Counted from the first letter of the stretch, positions 1 to 8,256 are shown. The stretch: 32,000 nucleotides of DNA from Candidatus Saccharimonadota bacterium (GCA_001029695.1 CP011211.1:540001-572000), one strand, 5' to 3'. Notes: generated by a model from the sequence alone, not told the origin. Numbers and translations are program-made.

Positions 1-81
1 TCTAAATTCGAAAGAGAAAAGCTTATACTCACCGCGTGGCAACATATTGTCGCCACCGTCTCACCCCACTCAACCAGCTAG
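1..81 (+). CDS. 3' end of an unidentified CDS entering from the left edge (partial)
   Basis: Frame 1 is open from nt 1 to TAG at 79-81 (...SKFEREKLILTAWQHIVATVSPHSTS*). A hairpin plus T-tract follows 25 nt downstream. Too short to assign a function. Confidence 0.3.
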   Translation, partial: SKFEREKLILTAWQHIVATVSPHSTS

Positions 82-105
82 CAGTTCTCGCCATCACGGC
101 TCGAA

Positions 106-138
106 GAACCCCACAGCTGCGTTATGTGGGGTTCTTTT
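106..138 (+). terminator. Rho-independent terminator
   Basis: Perfect 10-bp stem GAACCCCACA (106-115) / TGTGGGGTTC (125-134), 9-nt loop, then TTTT (135-138). Confidence 0.6.
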
Positions 139-145
139 AATTTAT

Positions 146-586
146 CTACATGTCTATTAGGGGTACATAGCCCTCAGGAAGCGCATTGCGTGCCTTTAGG
201 TCTTTTTCGCGCTTTTCAATCTGAGCTCGAAGTCGTGCTGCAGCTAGCGACTCGTGGTTTGGATCATTTAGCAAAGCAGTGAGGTCATTGCGAAGTGTGT
301 TGAGACCCTCAAGAGATCGCGCATCCATGTTTTGATGTAACTGTCTTATTTCATCTTTAGTGACTGGTGACAGATAATCATCAATGCCGCTTAGGTGTGA
401 TTCTTGTCCAGTCTTGGGGTCGCCACTTTCAAACGGTCTGCGAGTATATCGTATTGCACGATGGCCGATCTGCCTTTGTCCACTCGCATTTCGGCTTGAG
501 CGCAGCTGATCTAGCATATCGGTATCGTGCGTGTCGATATAGCCAGAATCTACATAGGTGTTTTGCGGAACTTCACGTTCTGTCAT
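146..586 (-). CDS. hypothetical protein (146 aa; polar, low-complexity-looking N-terminus, charged helical-looking C-terminus)
   Basis: Long ORF with ATG start. No family motif recognised. TGGTATAAT lies 6 nt upstream of the ATG. Confidence 0.6.
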   Translation of the reverse strand: MTEREVPQNTYVDSGYIDTHDTDMLDQLRSSRNASGQRQIGHRAIRYTRRPFESGDPKTGQESHLSGIDDYLSPVTKDEIRQLHQNMDARSLEGLNTLRNDLTALLNDPNHESLAAARLRAQIEKREKDLKARNALPEGYVPLIDM

Positions 587-592
587 TTTATC

Positions 593-601
593 ATTATACC
601 A
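593..601 (-). promoter_or_regulatory. extended -10 box (TGGTATAAT) 6 nt upstream of the ATG at 586; leaderless-type promoter
   Basis: Minus strand reads TGGTATAAT-GATAAA-ATG. No SD-like purine run lies between the box and the ATG. Confidence 0.45.
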
Positions 602-637
602 TAATATATACTATTAATCAATATCGTTATGTCTATC

Positions 638-682
638 AAAAAAGCCCCTAGGGCGATTTGCGCATCCCTTGGGGGCCGTTTT
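638..682. terminator. GC-rich hairpin flanked by A6 and T4 (bidirectional terminator-like)
   Basis: AAAAAA (638-643), then GCCCCTAGGG (644-653), a loop, CCTTGGGGGC (667-676), then CGTTTT. On the minus strand the 5 outer GC pairs are followed by TTTTTT. The two inner G-T wobbles become A-C mismatches on the minus strand. Confidence 0.4.
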
Positions 683-763
683 GGCACCTGTTTGTTTGAT
701 ACGAGTGTACCATCAAATACGCTTACGCTGCAAGCACTTTTTATCCACAGTTTACCTGACATA

Positions 764-790
764 CAAAAACCGCCCCAGAGATGAGGCGGC
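764..790 (-). terminator. Rho-independent terminator of the 814..1020 gene
   Basis: Minus strand reads GCCGCC-TCATCTCTGG-GGCGG followed by TTTTT. The stem is 5 bp, CCGCC (770-774) / GGCGG (785-789). Confidence 0.5.
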
Positions 791-813
791 TACTGTGACT
801 ATAATCGAAGTGA

Positions 814-1020
814 TTATTTTTTCTTTGAGATTGTAAGGAATCCGTTGCGTGGATTTTCCTTAACAACACGGTCTTCTGGAAGATCTGTTGGTTCACCCTT
901 TTCATTCTTCTCTACCTTTGCGAAGAAGTAGATAGTCTGTGGTTTGCCACCACGGAGTGTTACATCGGTCTTATGCAAGTAGTATGTAATTCCCTTTGAG
1001 TTTGTGTGACTGTAAGCCAT
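814..1020 (-). CDS. small conserved hypothetical protein (68 aa)
   Basis: ORF MAYSHTNSKGITYYLHKTDVTLRGGKPQTIYFF... AGGAGG lies 11 nt upstream of the ATG and a terminator follows. No function assignable. Confidence 0.65.
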   Translation of the reverse strand: MAYSHTNSKGITYYLHKTDVTLRGGKPQTIYFFAKVEKNEKGEPTDLPEDRVVKENPRNGFLTISKKK

Positions 1021-1089
1021 ATGGTCTTATACCTCCTGTTAGTGCTATACAAGGGTAAGATTACAGCGCCGAACGCTCGGTGTCAACAC

Positions 1090-1743
1090 CTAGAGCTCTC
1101 TGTTGTTCATCTTGAGGATCAACCTTAGTACAACCAACCCAACCATTCGAGCAACAATAACGAATAAAATCAGCAGACAGATCAACACTGAAAAGCCTGC
1201 AAAATCAGGCGACCAGAGCGGCGACGCAAAGCTATGACGATATGCATCTGCCTTTGGTAGGGCTATCTTCGTCACCGGCCCTTCAGCAGGCCCAAAACGG
1301 TCTAGCTCAGAGATAACACACTGTTGATACGCCTGAGAATAGCTACCGAGATTCTGATACCGAGGCCGACAGATGTCCTGCACTTTCTTAAAGACACTGC
1401 TATCTGGACTTGTATCATCAGACTGAGCATCGATGATTTTTTGACTGTCTCGCTTGTACTGACCCTCAAGGTAGATCGTTCCCATGTCTGCGTTCATATG
1501 AGTTGCAACATACCGTTGTAGATCGTACAATCTTGCCTGCGTAACTTCGAGATTGTCTTCCTGATCTGCACTAAGCACCGCCTTGCGACGCTCGTCCATA
1601 CCGATATTATTGAGACGTAAAAATGTTGCCGCGATAAAACCCACAAGTAATAGAAGCACAAAAAGCTGCCACGTTTTGACTCGTTGCAGTTGTCGTATAT
1701 TTCTCTTTACTTGTCGCTTATCTGCCACGTGAAAGTATCCCAC
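1090..1743 (-). CDS. hypothetical membrane protein (N- and C-terminal TM helices, extracytoplasmic middle with 2 Cys)
   Basis: 217-aa ORF with a GTG start. Hydrophobic stretches WQLFVLLLLVGFIAATFL and FAGFSVLICLLILFVIVARMVGLVVL. Confidence 0.6.
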   Translation of the reverse strand: MGYFHVADKRQVKRNIRQLQRVKTWQLFVLLLLVGFIAATFLRLNNIGMDERRKAVLSADQEDNLEVTQARLYDLQRYVATHMNADMGTIYLEGQYKRDSQKIIDAQSDDTSPDSSVFKKVQDICRPRYQNLGSYSQAYQQCVISELDRFGPAEGPVTKIALPKADAYRHSFASPLWSPDFAGFSVLICLLILFVIVARMVGLVVLRLILKMNNREL

Positions 1744-1779
1744 TCATTTACTCTTTTAGTATACCATGAGCATGTTCAA

Positions 1780-3000
1780 CTACTTACGATAGAGCTGGAA
1801 CCGAGGAAAGGCAATGCCAAGCGTATATATAGCTGCGACGCCGAAGAAAACTTGCATACCAAGAACAGTATTGGCTGAAAAAATCCACAAACACAGCGCA
1901 AATACCAAGCAAGCAAGTACACTGCCGACGTTCAGTGCAAGCTCTATTAAGAACATGTAGGCAATCCGCTTACCTGTCATATCTGCAGTATCGAACATAC
2001 CTCGAGTAAATGCCATAGAGTAGCCTGTGGTTGCCGTCTCGTTTCCAACATTTAGCATCGCAATTCCTGCCGGCGTACTCATAAATGGCCGAGCAAGATG
2101 GAGGAGCGAGTTTGCAAAAACACTAAATCGCAACAAGTCACGTCCGCGACGTCGATCAATCAAGCGCCCAAACATGTAGGCTGCGATAAATGATGTTACA
2201 AATGTCACAGAAGTTAATGCGCCGATCTTAAGATACAAGTCGTCACCCGACCCCACAAATACCGTGAGTGATATAAATAGAATCCATACTGTCGTAGAAG
2301 TAAACACATCAAACCCAATCGCCGACTGTGCACGAAGACTTCTCCATGTCGTCCGCCATGGAAACCCAGAGAAATCAAGCTTTTGGCCGGTCTTCACCTG
2401 CTCAGAGCTTTGCATCAGTGGCCAGCTAGCTAGTGCAAATATGATCGCTGCTACCCACATCGTTGCCTCCACCCCAAAACAAAACGCGACAAAACCGCCA
2501 AGAAGTGGACTAAGTGCTGTCGTGGACTTCTCGAGAACCTGCATATAGCCCAGCTCTTTACCGGCATGTTCGCTATTTTTTACTTTTGAGAAATCGACCA
2601 AATAGCATAGGTCATACATCGTCACTGACCATGCCTGTACTAGTCCAAAGATAATAAGCGCAGGCACACCGTATTCAGGCACAAATGTAAATGCAGCCAG
2701 TGCCGGGATATATAAAATATTACTTAGTAAAATACCGTGCTTTGGACCGAACCGTGCTGCAAAACGCGCAGCCGGGTATGCGATGAGTGCTTTTACACTA
2801 AAATAACAGGCAAAGTAGCAAGCTATAAACAAAAGTGAATAGCCGTTTTGATACATAAACAACGCGATAAAGAGTGAGATCATGCGCAGCGCCAAAAGAC
2901 GCATTGTTCGTGAAGCGTAAAGTTCAGCCACCTCAGAGAAGGTAGCATATCGCCAAAAGTGACGTCGCTTAAATAGTTTTGCTAAAATTGTCTGGAACAT
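1780..3000 (-). CDS. MFS transporter (about 12 TM)
   Basis: 406 aa, hydrophobic throughout. GRLIDRRRGRD loop resembles MFS motif A. Confidence 0.75.
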   Translation of the reverse strand: MFQTILAKLFKRRHFWRYATFSEVAELYASRTMRLLALRMISLFIALFMYQNGYSLLFIACYFACYFSVKALIAYPAARFAARFGPKHGILLSNILYIPALAAFTFVPEYGVPALIIFGLVQAWSVTMYDLCYLVDFSKVKNSEHAGKELGYMQVLEKSTTALSPLLGGFVAFCFGVEATMWVAAIIFALASWPLMQSSEQVKTGQKLDFSGFPWRTTWRSLRAQSAIGFDVFTSTTVWILFISLTVFVGSGDDLYLKIGALTSVTFVTSFIAAYMFGRLIDRRRGRDLLRFSVFANSLLHLARPFMSTPAGIAMLNVGNETATTGYSMAFTRGMFDTADMTGKRIAYMFLIELALNVGSVLACLVFALCLWIFSANTVLGMQVFFGVAAIYTLGIAFPRFQLYRK

Positions 3001-3091
3001 TTTTTATATTGCTTACGTTTTACCTAGTATGACACAGTGTCAACAGATATAGCAAGAAGGACGTTTTTCTCCATAATACTGTCGTATTTAG

Positions 3092-3097
3092 TATACT
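3092..3097 (+). promoter_or_regulatory. -10 box TATACT 7 nt upstream of the murC-like ATG (leaderless-type)
   Basis: TATACT-AAGTACT-ATG with no SD motif. Confidence 0.4.
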
Positions 3098-3104
3098 AAG
3101 TACT

Positions 3105-4349
3105 ATGAATATTTACTTCTCGGGGATTGGCGGCGTAGGCATTGGACCGCTCGCTCAGATCGCTCACGATGCTGGCTATTCGGTAATTGGATCAGACTTG
3201 TCTGAAAGCCTCACGACTCACGAACTACGAACACAAGGCGTCGATATATCTCTCACACAGGATGGGTCGTTTCTAGAGCAACAACACCAGAAAACACCAC
3301 TCGATTGGTTTATATATACTGCAGCCCTCCCCGACAGCCATCCGGAACTCGTTGCAGCCCGAAAACTTGACATCAAAACAGCAAAGCGTGACGAACTGCT
3401 TGCACATATATTGCAGGAAAAAAACTTGAAACTCATCGCCATAGCAGGTACTCATGGAAAGACCACGACAACCGGAATGGCCGTATGGACACTTACGCAG
3501 CTCGGCATCCCCGTGAGCTATTCTGTCGGTAGCCAGCTAAGCTTCGGACCTAGCGGCCGCTATGTTCCTGATAGTGAGTACTTTGTCTACGAATGCGACG
3601 AATTCGATCGTAACTTCCTCCATTTCTCGCCACACCTCTCACTCATTACCTCGATCGACTATGACCACCCAGATACATACCCAACCGAGTCCGACTACAT
3701 GCAAGCTTTCGGGCAGTTTCTTAATCAATCTGATAGTGTCATTTTATGGCAAACCGATAGTCAAAAGATTGGTAGCGTTCGCCCAGTAGACTGGATACTA
3801 AGTGACGACGAAGTTGCTTCAATCGAGCTACCCGGCCTTCATAATCGTCGCAACGCCACACTCGTCCTCAAGGCTGTGGAAAAACTGGGGATAACCGGAG
3901 ATAGTCGTACGGCAATCAATTCCTTCCCTGGTACGATCCGTCGATTTGAAAGACTTGCCGACAACCTCTATAGCGACTACGGCCATCATCCAGTTGAAAT
4001 CGCCGCAACACTCCAGATGGCACGAGAAATATCAGATGAAATCGTACTCGTCTACCAGCCACATCAAAATGTTCGCCAGCATGAGATTCAAGATCAGTAT
4101 ACCGATCAATTCGAGCTTGCTGAAAAAGTCTACTGGCTACCAACCTACCTATCGAGAGAAGACCCGAATCTCACCATACTCACTCCCTCCGACCTCACAA
4201 AGCACCTCACAAACCCTCAAGCGATTAGTATCGCCGACCTCAATCACCAACTATGGGACGACATTCAGGCAGCACGCGACGCAGGAAAGCTTGTACTCTG
4301 CATGGGAGCGGGTTCGATCGACACTTGGGTCCGTGAACAGCTTGCCTAG
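3105..4349 (+). CDS. murC: Mur ligase family protein, MurC-like (UDP-N-acetylmuramate--L-alanine ligase or Mpl-type)
   Basis: N-terminal Rossmann motif GIGGVGIGPLAQIAHDAGYSVIGSD, P-loop IAIAGTHGKTTTTGM, DYGHHPVEIAATL, and VYQPH. At 414 aa it is shorter than typical MurC. Confidence 0.75.
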   Translation: MNIYFSGIGGVGIGPLAQIAHDAGYSVIGSDLSESLTTHELRTQGVDISLTQDGSFLEQQHQKTPLDWFIYTAALPDSHPELVAARKLDIKTAKRDELLAHILQEKNLKLIAIAGTHGKTTTTGMAVWTLTQLGIPVSYSVGSQLSFGPSGRYVPDSEYFVYECDEFDRNFLHFSPHLSLITSIDYDHPDTYPTESDYMQAFGQFLNQSDSVILWQTDSQKIGSVRPVDWILSDDEVASIELPGLHNRRNATLVLKAVEKLGITGDSRTAINSFPGTIRRFERLADNLYSDYGHHPVEIAATLQMAREISDEIVLVYQPHQNVRQHEIQDQYTDQFELAEKVYWLPTYLSREDPNLTILTPSDLTKHLTNPQAISIADLNHQLWDDIQAARDAGKLVLCMGAGSIDTWVREQLA

Positions 4350-4984
4350 CGAGGGAAAGCTCGAGTAAAGTTCGTGACCAGTCCTTCGCCTAGCCAGCGC
4401 TCCTCGTAGACCGTCTTTATCTTGTATATATCAGAGAGGGACGATTCATGTAGATCAAAAGAAAGCTCATCAATGCGCCACTTATTGGCAACCAACTGCT
4501 CCAAACTCCACAAGAAAAAGTCGCGAGAATCGTGCTTGAGGTAGAGCGCGCCATTTTGCTGAAGGAGAGTTTGATATATCTCTAGATAGAATGGATGCAT
4601 TAAACGCCGTTTAGAGGATCGATCTTTCGGGAATGGATCGGGGAATGTCACCCATATCGACTCGAGTGCTTGCTCTGCAAAAAGCTCAGCTATTTGATCA
4701 GCGCGAGCACGAAGGAAAAAGATATTCTTTAGTCCGCGCGCCTCTGCCTCTTTTGCTCCAGTTTGCAATCGGTCGGCCTTGACGTCGATCGCAACAAACG
4801 TCTTATCTGGTTGCGAAGCAGCCAGCTCTACACTAAAGTGTCCCGTCCCAGCACCTATCTCGATACAATCTACCGACCGCTTCTCCCATTGGTCAAACTC
4901 ATAGCAAAGTGGCGAGTTTGCAAAAAGCGCAAACTTATATTTTTTGCGCTTACGCGTGATAACGAAATCCTGTGGATCAAGCAC
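4346..4984 (-). CDS. trmB: tRNA (guanine-N7)-methyltransferase
   Basis: SAM-binding motif EIGAGTGHFSVELA, VAIDVK and VTFPDPFPK, typical of TrmB. Confidence 0.9.
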   Translation of the reverse strand: MLDPQDFVITRKRKKYKFALFANSPLCYEFDQWEKRSVDCIEIGAGTGHFSVELAASQPDKTFVAIDVKADRLQTGAKEAEARGLKNIFFLRARADQIAELFAEQALESIWVTFPDPFPKDRSSKRRLMHPFYLEIYQTLLQQNGALYLKHDSRDFFLWSLEQLVANKWRIDELSFDLHESSLSDIYKIKTVYEERWLGEGLVTNFTRAFPR

Positions 4985-5538
4985 TAACGAACCTTCTCCA
5001 TATCGCCACCGGAAGTCACATGATATAGATGAGACGGCTGGCCGTCCAGCACGAGCCCACCATCAACAATAAAATCAATCTCATCACCAAAATACGCTTC
5101 TGCCTGTAGACCGATCTCAAGTGGCGGCTCACCTTCACGATTCGCACTCGGGGCAACCAGTGGTCCAACCTCAAGCAGGAGACGTTTTAGGTTTTCGTTT
5201 GCCGGCATACGATATGCAACTGTCGAGCCACTGCGCCGTAGCCATTTAGGAGCACTGGGAGATTCAAAAATAATTGAGTTCGGACCTGGCCAGTAATTAT
5301 CAATTGTACTGCTCAGCACTGCTGGTAGCGGATCGAATAATTGCGCCTCATCCGCCACCAGTACAATCAATGGCTTCGTCGTATCTCGATGCTTAACGGA
5401 GTAGATTTTTTCAACCGCTTTTTCATCCTCAGCCCTCCCAACAAGACCATACAATGTGTCTGTTTTTATTACCCCGATAGCACCATCGCGGAGAATATCA
5501 TGTAGCTTTGGGTGGTCGGTATCAGGGAAAATAATCAT
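4984..5538 (-). CDS. tsaC: L-threonylcarbamoyladenylate synthase (YrdC/TsaC type)
   Basis: KTDTLYGLVGRA, KHRDTTKPLIVLV and PSANREGEPP motifs. The stop overlaps the trmB start by 1 nt. Confidence 0.88.
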   Translation of the reverse strand: MIIFPDTDHPKLHDILRDGAIGVIKTDTLYGLVGRAEDEKAVEKIYSVKHRDTTKPLIVLVADEAQLFDPLPAVLSSTIDNYWPGPNSIIFESPSAPKWLRRSGSTVAYRMPANENLKRLLLEVGPLVAPSANREGEPPLEIGLQAEAYFGDEIDFIVDGGLVLDGQPSHLYHVTSGGDMEKVR

Positions 5539-5545
5539 AAGTCTT

Positions 5546-5555
5546 ATGATATACT
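5546..5555. promoter_or_regulatory. overlapping divergent -10 boxes for tsaC (-) and the MscS gene (+)
   Basis: Plus strand reads TGATATACT-ACCACAT-ATG(5563). Minus strand reads TATCAT-AAGACTT-ATG(5538). The intergenic region is only 24 bp. Confidence 0.45.
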
Positions 5556-5562
5556 ACCACAT

Positions 5563-6474
5563 ATGGAAGCTACTTTTAATTGGCTATATGATGCCGCTCG
5601 ATCACTCTCACCAGGTTTTCATACGTGGATGTATGGTACAGAGAATGATCCAGGTCATGGCATTAGTATCCTTATTATTCTTTTTGTCGCACTTATCGCT
5701 TATTACGGAGGAACACGAATTGTCGCGTCGACCGTTCGTCGTCTCGTAAAGAGCACTCGTCATCGCGAGTGGCATAGAAAAGATATAGAAAAACGACAAA
5801 ACACACTGTCTGCCCTCTTTACAAATATATGGCGCATCCTTGTCATGATCATCGCTAGCCTCACTATCTTCAAGGAACTTTTCCCGCTCATCGACCTCTC
5901 GCCGCTCTTTGCTAGTGCAGGTATCATAGGAGTTGCTCTTGGCTTTGGCGCTCAGTCAATCATAAAAGACTTCCTATCGGGAATTTTCATCATCAGCGAA
6001 AATCAATATCGTGTCGGCGATATCGTCGATATCGAAGGAGCGAGCGGCACTGTAGAGCGAATCGGTACGCGGAGTACTGTGCTTCGTGATGTTGATGGCA
6101 ACGTCCATTATTTCCCGAATGGCATGGTGACGCACGTCATCAATAAGACTATGGGCTATAGCATGGCTCGATTCATCGTTGCCGTTCATCCTGACACCGA
6201 CCTAGATGAAGTTGTTTCGATCATCAATGATCTTGGTGAGAAGCTCGCAAAAGAAGACAAGTGGAAAAAGAAGATCATCGAACCACCTGCATTCGTCTCA
6301 TTGGGAGAGATTACAGGGAATTCACTTGAGATCATTATTGCTGGAAAAACCCAGCCATCCGATCAGTGGTCTGTGATTGCTGAAATGCGTCGTCGTCTTC
6401 TCGAATCACTTGAAAAAGCTAAGATTGAACTTGCAGTGCTCCCTAATTTTGCACCACCGACAAAAAAGAAATAG
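5563..6474 (+). CDS. mechanosensitive ion channel, MscS family
   Basis: GAQSIIKDFLSGIFIISENQYRVGDIVDI pore/beta-domain signature with 3 TM helices upstream. I chose ATG 5563 because the 5512 start would overlap the tsaC 5' end and would lie upstream of the -10 box. Confidence 0.85.
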   Translation: MEATFNWLYDAARSLSPGFHTWMYGTENDPGHGISILIILFVALIAYYGGTRIVASTVRRLVKSTRHREWHRKDIEKRQNTLSALFTNIWRILVMIIASLTIFKELFPLIDLSPLFASAGIIGVALGFGAQSIIKDFLSGIFIISENQYRVGDIVDIEGASGTVERIGTRSTVLRDVDGNVHYFPNGMVTHVINKTMGYSMARFIVAVHPDTDLDEVVSIINDLGEKLAKEDKWKKKIIEPPAFVSLGEITGNSLEIIIAGKTQPSDQWSVIAEMRRRLLESLEKAKIELAVLPNFAPPTKKK

Positions 6475-6488
6475 ACCTACGCCTTCGA

Positions 6489-6869
6489 CTACTGCGCCGC
6501 GTCGGGCGCAATCCCAAGTGCCTGCGCATCAAGAACTTCACCACTAAAAGCATCAACTGATGTCGCGTTTTTAGTACGCTCTCTATACATCTTTTCAAAT
6601 TCTTCAAGTGTCTTCTTGTCTACCGAGCCGCTTGCAGAAAATCCTTCAAATACAGGTGTAGCATCTTCCTTTTTCACTTCGGCGCTTTTATATCCTGGCC
6701 GACTAAGGTCTAGTTGCGCCGCACCACTACTGCCGTAGAGCGCTAAGCTCATTGAAACAAACAAGAGTGCGATCACTATACTTCCACCTATCATAGCGAT
6801 AAATTTATGCTTCGCAAGACGACCTGCAGGCTCGTGAAAAATAGTAGCTTTATGCTCTTCTTCGCTCAT
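6489..6869 (-). CDS. hypothetical single-pass membrane protein
   Basis: 126 aa with TM helix FIAMIGGSIVIALLFVSMSLALY. ATGA overlap with the upstream gene. Confidence 0.6.
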   Translation of the reverse strand: MSEEEHKATIFHEPAGRLAKHKFIAMIGGSIVIALLFVSMSLALYGSSGAAQLDLSRPGYKSAEVKKEDATPVFEGFSASGSVDKKTLEEFEKMYRERTKNATSVDAFSGEVLDAQALGIAPDAAQ

Positions 6870-7423
6870 GAAGGAGTGTCCTTTTCTTTTTGTGGCGCCA
6901 AGAAACCTGCCTTAAACGCCCCAAACGATTGATCGTACTCATTGATATAACGATGTAAATCCTGAACCTTCAATGCAACATCAGCTCGTAACCCCTGCGC
7001 TTTCACTACAGCGTCATAGAAAGAGCCTGGCTGTTTTTGACAATCAATCCTGAGTATCGAGGCAAGATGAGTCTCGTATTGTCGATATGCAGTCCGAAAA
7101 TCATTGAGTGATTTATCAAAGCTCGCTGCAGACGTCACGAGTGAACTGCCATCAAGGCGGTTTAATGCTAAGCGACTATTGAGTCGTGCCATGAGTTTGT
7201 CGGATATCGAAAAATACGCCTGGTTACGATTCACATAAAGTCGTGCATCGTTAACATGAAGCTGATTGAGTGTCTGCTGCGCATTGCCACAATTAGCCCT
7301 AATACGATCAAGATGGCTATCTGAAAGCAGAGATGAGCTCGACTGCTCTGCATGCGCCACCGAGACACCACCTGCAAGTGATGCAACAACCAACAAGGCA
7401 GCAATAAAAGTCATTTTTTTCAT
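6866..7423 (-). CDS. hypothetical secreted protein (signal peptide, helical, 2 Cys)
   Basis: MKKMTFIAALLVVASLAGGVSVAHA-EQ looks like a classical signal peptide. An alternative GTG start lies at 7438. Confidence 0.6.
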   Translation of the reverse strand: MKKMTFIAALLVVASLAGGVSVAHAEQSSSSLLSDSHLDRIRANCGNAQQTLNQLHVNDARLYVNRNQAYFSISDKLMARLNSRLALNRLDGSSLVTSAASFDKSLNDFRTAYRQYETHLASILRIDCQKQPGSFYDAVVKAQGLRADVALKVQDLHRYINEYDQSFGAFKAGFLAPQKEKDTPS

Positions 7424-7448
7424 TCTTTCTATTATCACCCGAAATAGC

Positions 7449-8249
7449 CTATTTGGTCAAATGCAACATGTCATCCTGTCGCATCACTAACCCATCTTTT
7501 AGGAGGCCCTTTAAGGCTAGGTCAAATCGTTCGTCATATACGACTCGCTGCTTCATATCAGCTTCACGAATATCACCCCCTGTGAGATGTTTTAGTATTT
7601 GGCCTCGAATCTCGCGCACACTCCCTTTTAGTGCCGGTTGTTTCTTGTAATGCCGGCTCTGCTGAATCTTGCCTGCACCTTGTTTTTTTAGATAAGTGCC
7701 ATAGTCCATAAGAGCCCAGTAAAACTCTCGTGGATGCTCGTCATCAATTGTCTTTTCAAGTAACTCCTCTATCTGCTTATCATTAACTTGCTCACCATCA
7801 GTAAAAAAATGATGAAAATAAACTGTTCGAACATTCGTTTCTACAAAAATAGCGGGCTGATTGAAGGCGTACGCCAAAATAGCACCCTTTGTGTTTTTAC
7901 CGACACCTGGAAGGGACAGGAGAGCCTGCTCATCATCTGGAAATACACCGCCATATTCTGATACAATCTTCTTCGCAGCGTCATGAAGGAACTTTGCGCG
8001 GCGATTGTAGCCAAGCCCACTCCAGTGCGTCAGCACCTCCGCCAAGCTAGCTGACGCGAGTATGTGTTCATCAGGAAATGCCCGGATAAAAGCGAGAAAT
8101 TTAGGCACCACGCGATCTACTTGCGTTTGCTGTAGCATGAGCTCGCTCACCAAGACGTAGTATGGACGAACATCTTCGCGCCATGGCATTGAACGATAGT
8201 GGACTTTTGCCTTATCCCATATATGTGACTGAAATTCCTCTGAAGTCAT
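7449..8249 (-). CDS. MutY-like HhH-GPD DNA glycosylase lacking Fe-S cluster ligands and lacking a NUDIX-type C-terminal domain
   Basis: VSELMLQQTQVDRVVPKF (MutY N-terminal signature) and HhH motif LPGVGKNTKGAIL. There is no Cys anywhere after ALMDYG. 266 aa. Confidence 0.75.
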   Translation of the reverse strand: MTSEEFQSHIWDKAKVHYRSMPWREDVRPYYVLVSELMLQQTQVDRVVPKFLAFIRAFPDEHILASASLAEVLTHWSGLGYNRRAKFLHDAAKKIVSEYGGVFPDDEQALLSLPGVGKNTKGAILAYAFNQPAIFVETNVRTVYFHHFFTDGEQVNDKQIEELLEKTIDDEHPREFYWALMDYGTYLKKQGAGKIQQSRHYKKQPALKGSVREIRGQILKHLTGGDIREADMKQRVVYDERFDLALKGLLKDGLVMRQDDMLHLTK

Positions 8250-8256
8250 ATCGTCC

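Noticed and set aside
794-809. Other TGTGA-containing strings (794-809, 1008-1023, 20653-20673, 23446-23461)
   Set aside because: They have only one good half-site or the wrong spacing, and they lie at a gene end or inside coding sequence.
3030-3042. 13-bp palindrome TGACACAGTGTCA between the MFS and murC-like genes
   Set aside because: It is real, but short and unique in the window. It overlaps a TTGACA hexamer that has no properly spaced -10, and there is no candidate regulator. The evidence is insufficient to call it an operator.
3946-4368. 140-aa alternative-frame ORF inside the murC-like gene
   Set aside because: It is on the same strand but out of frame with a gene whose frame carries conserved Mur-ligase motifs through to its end.
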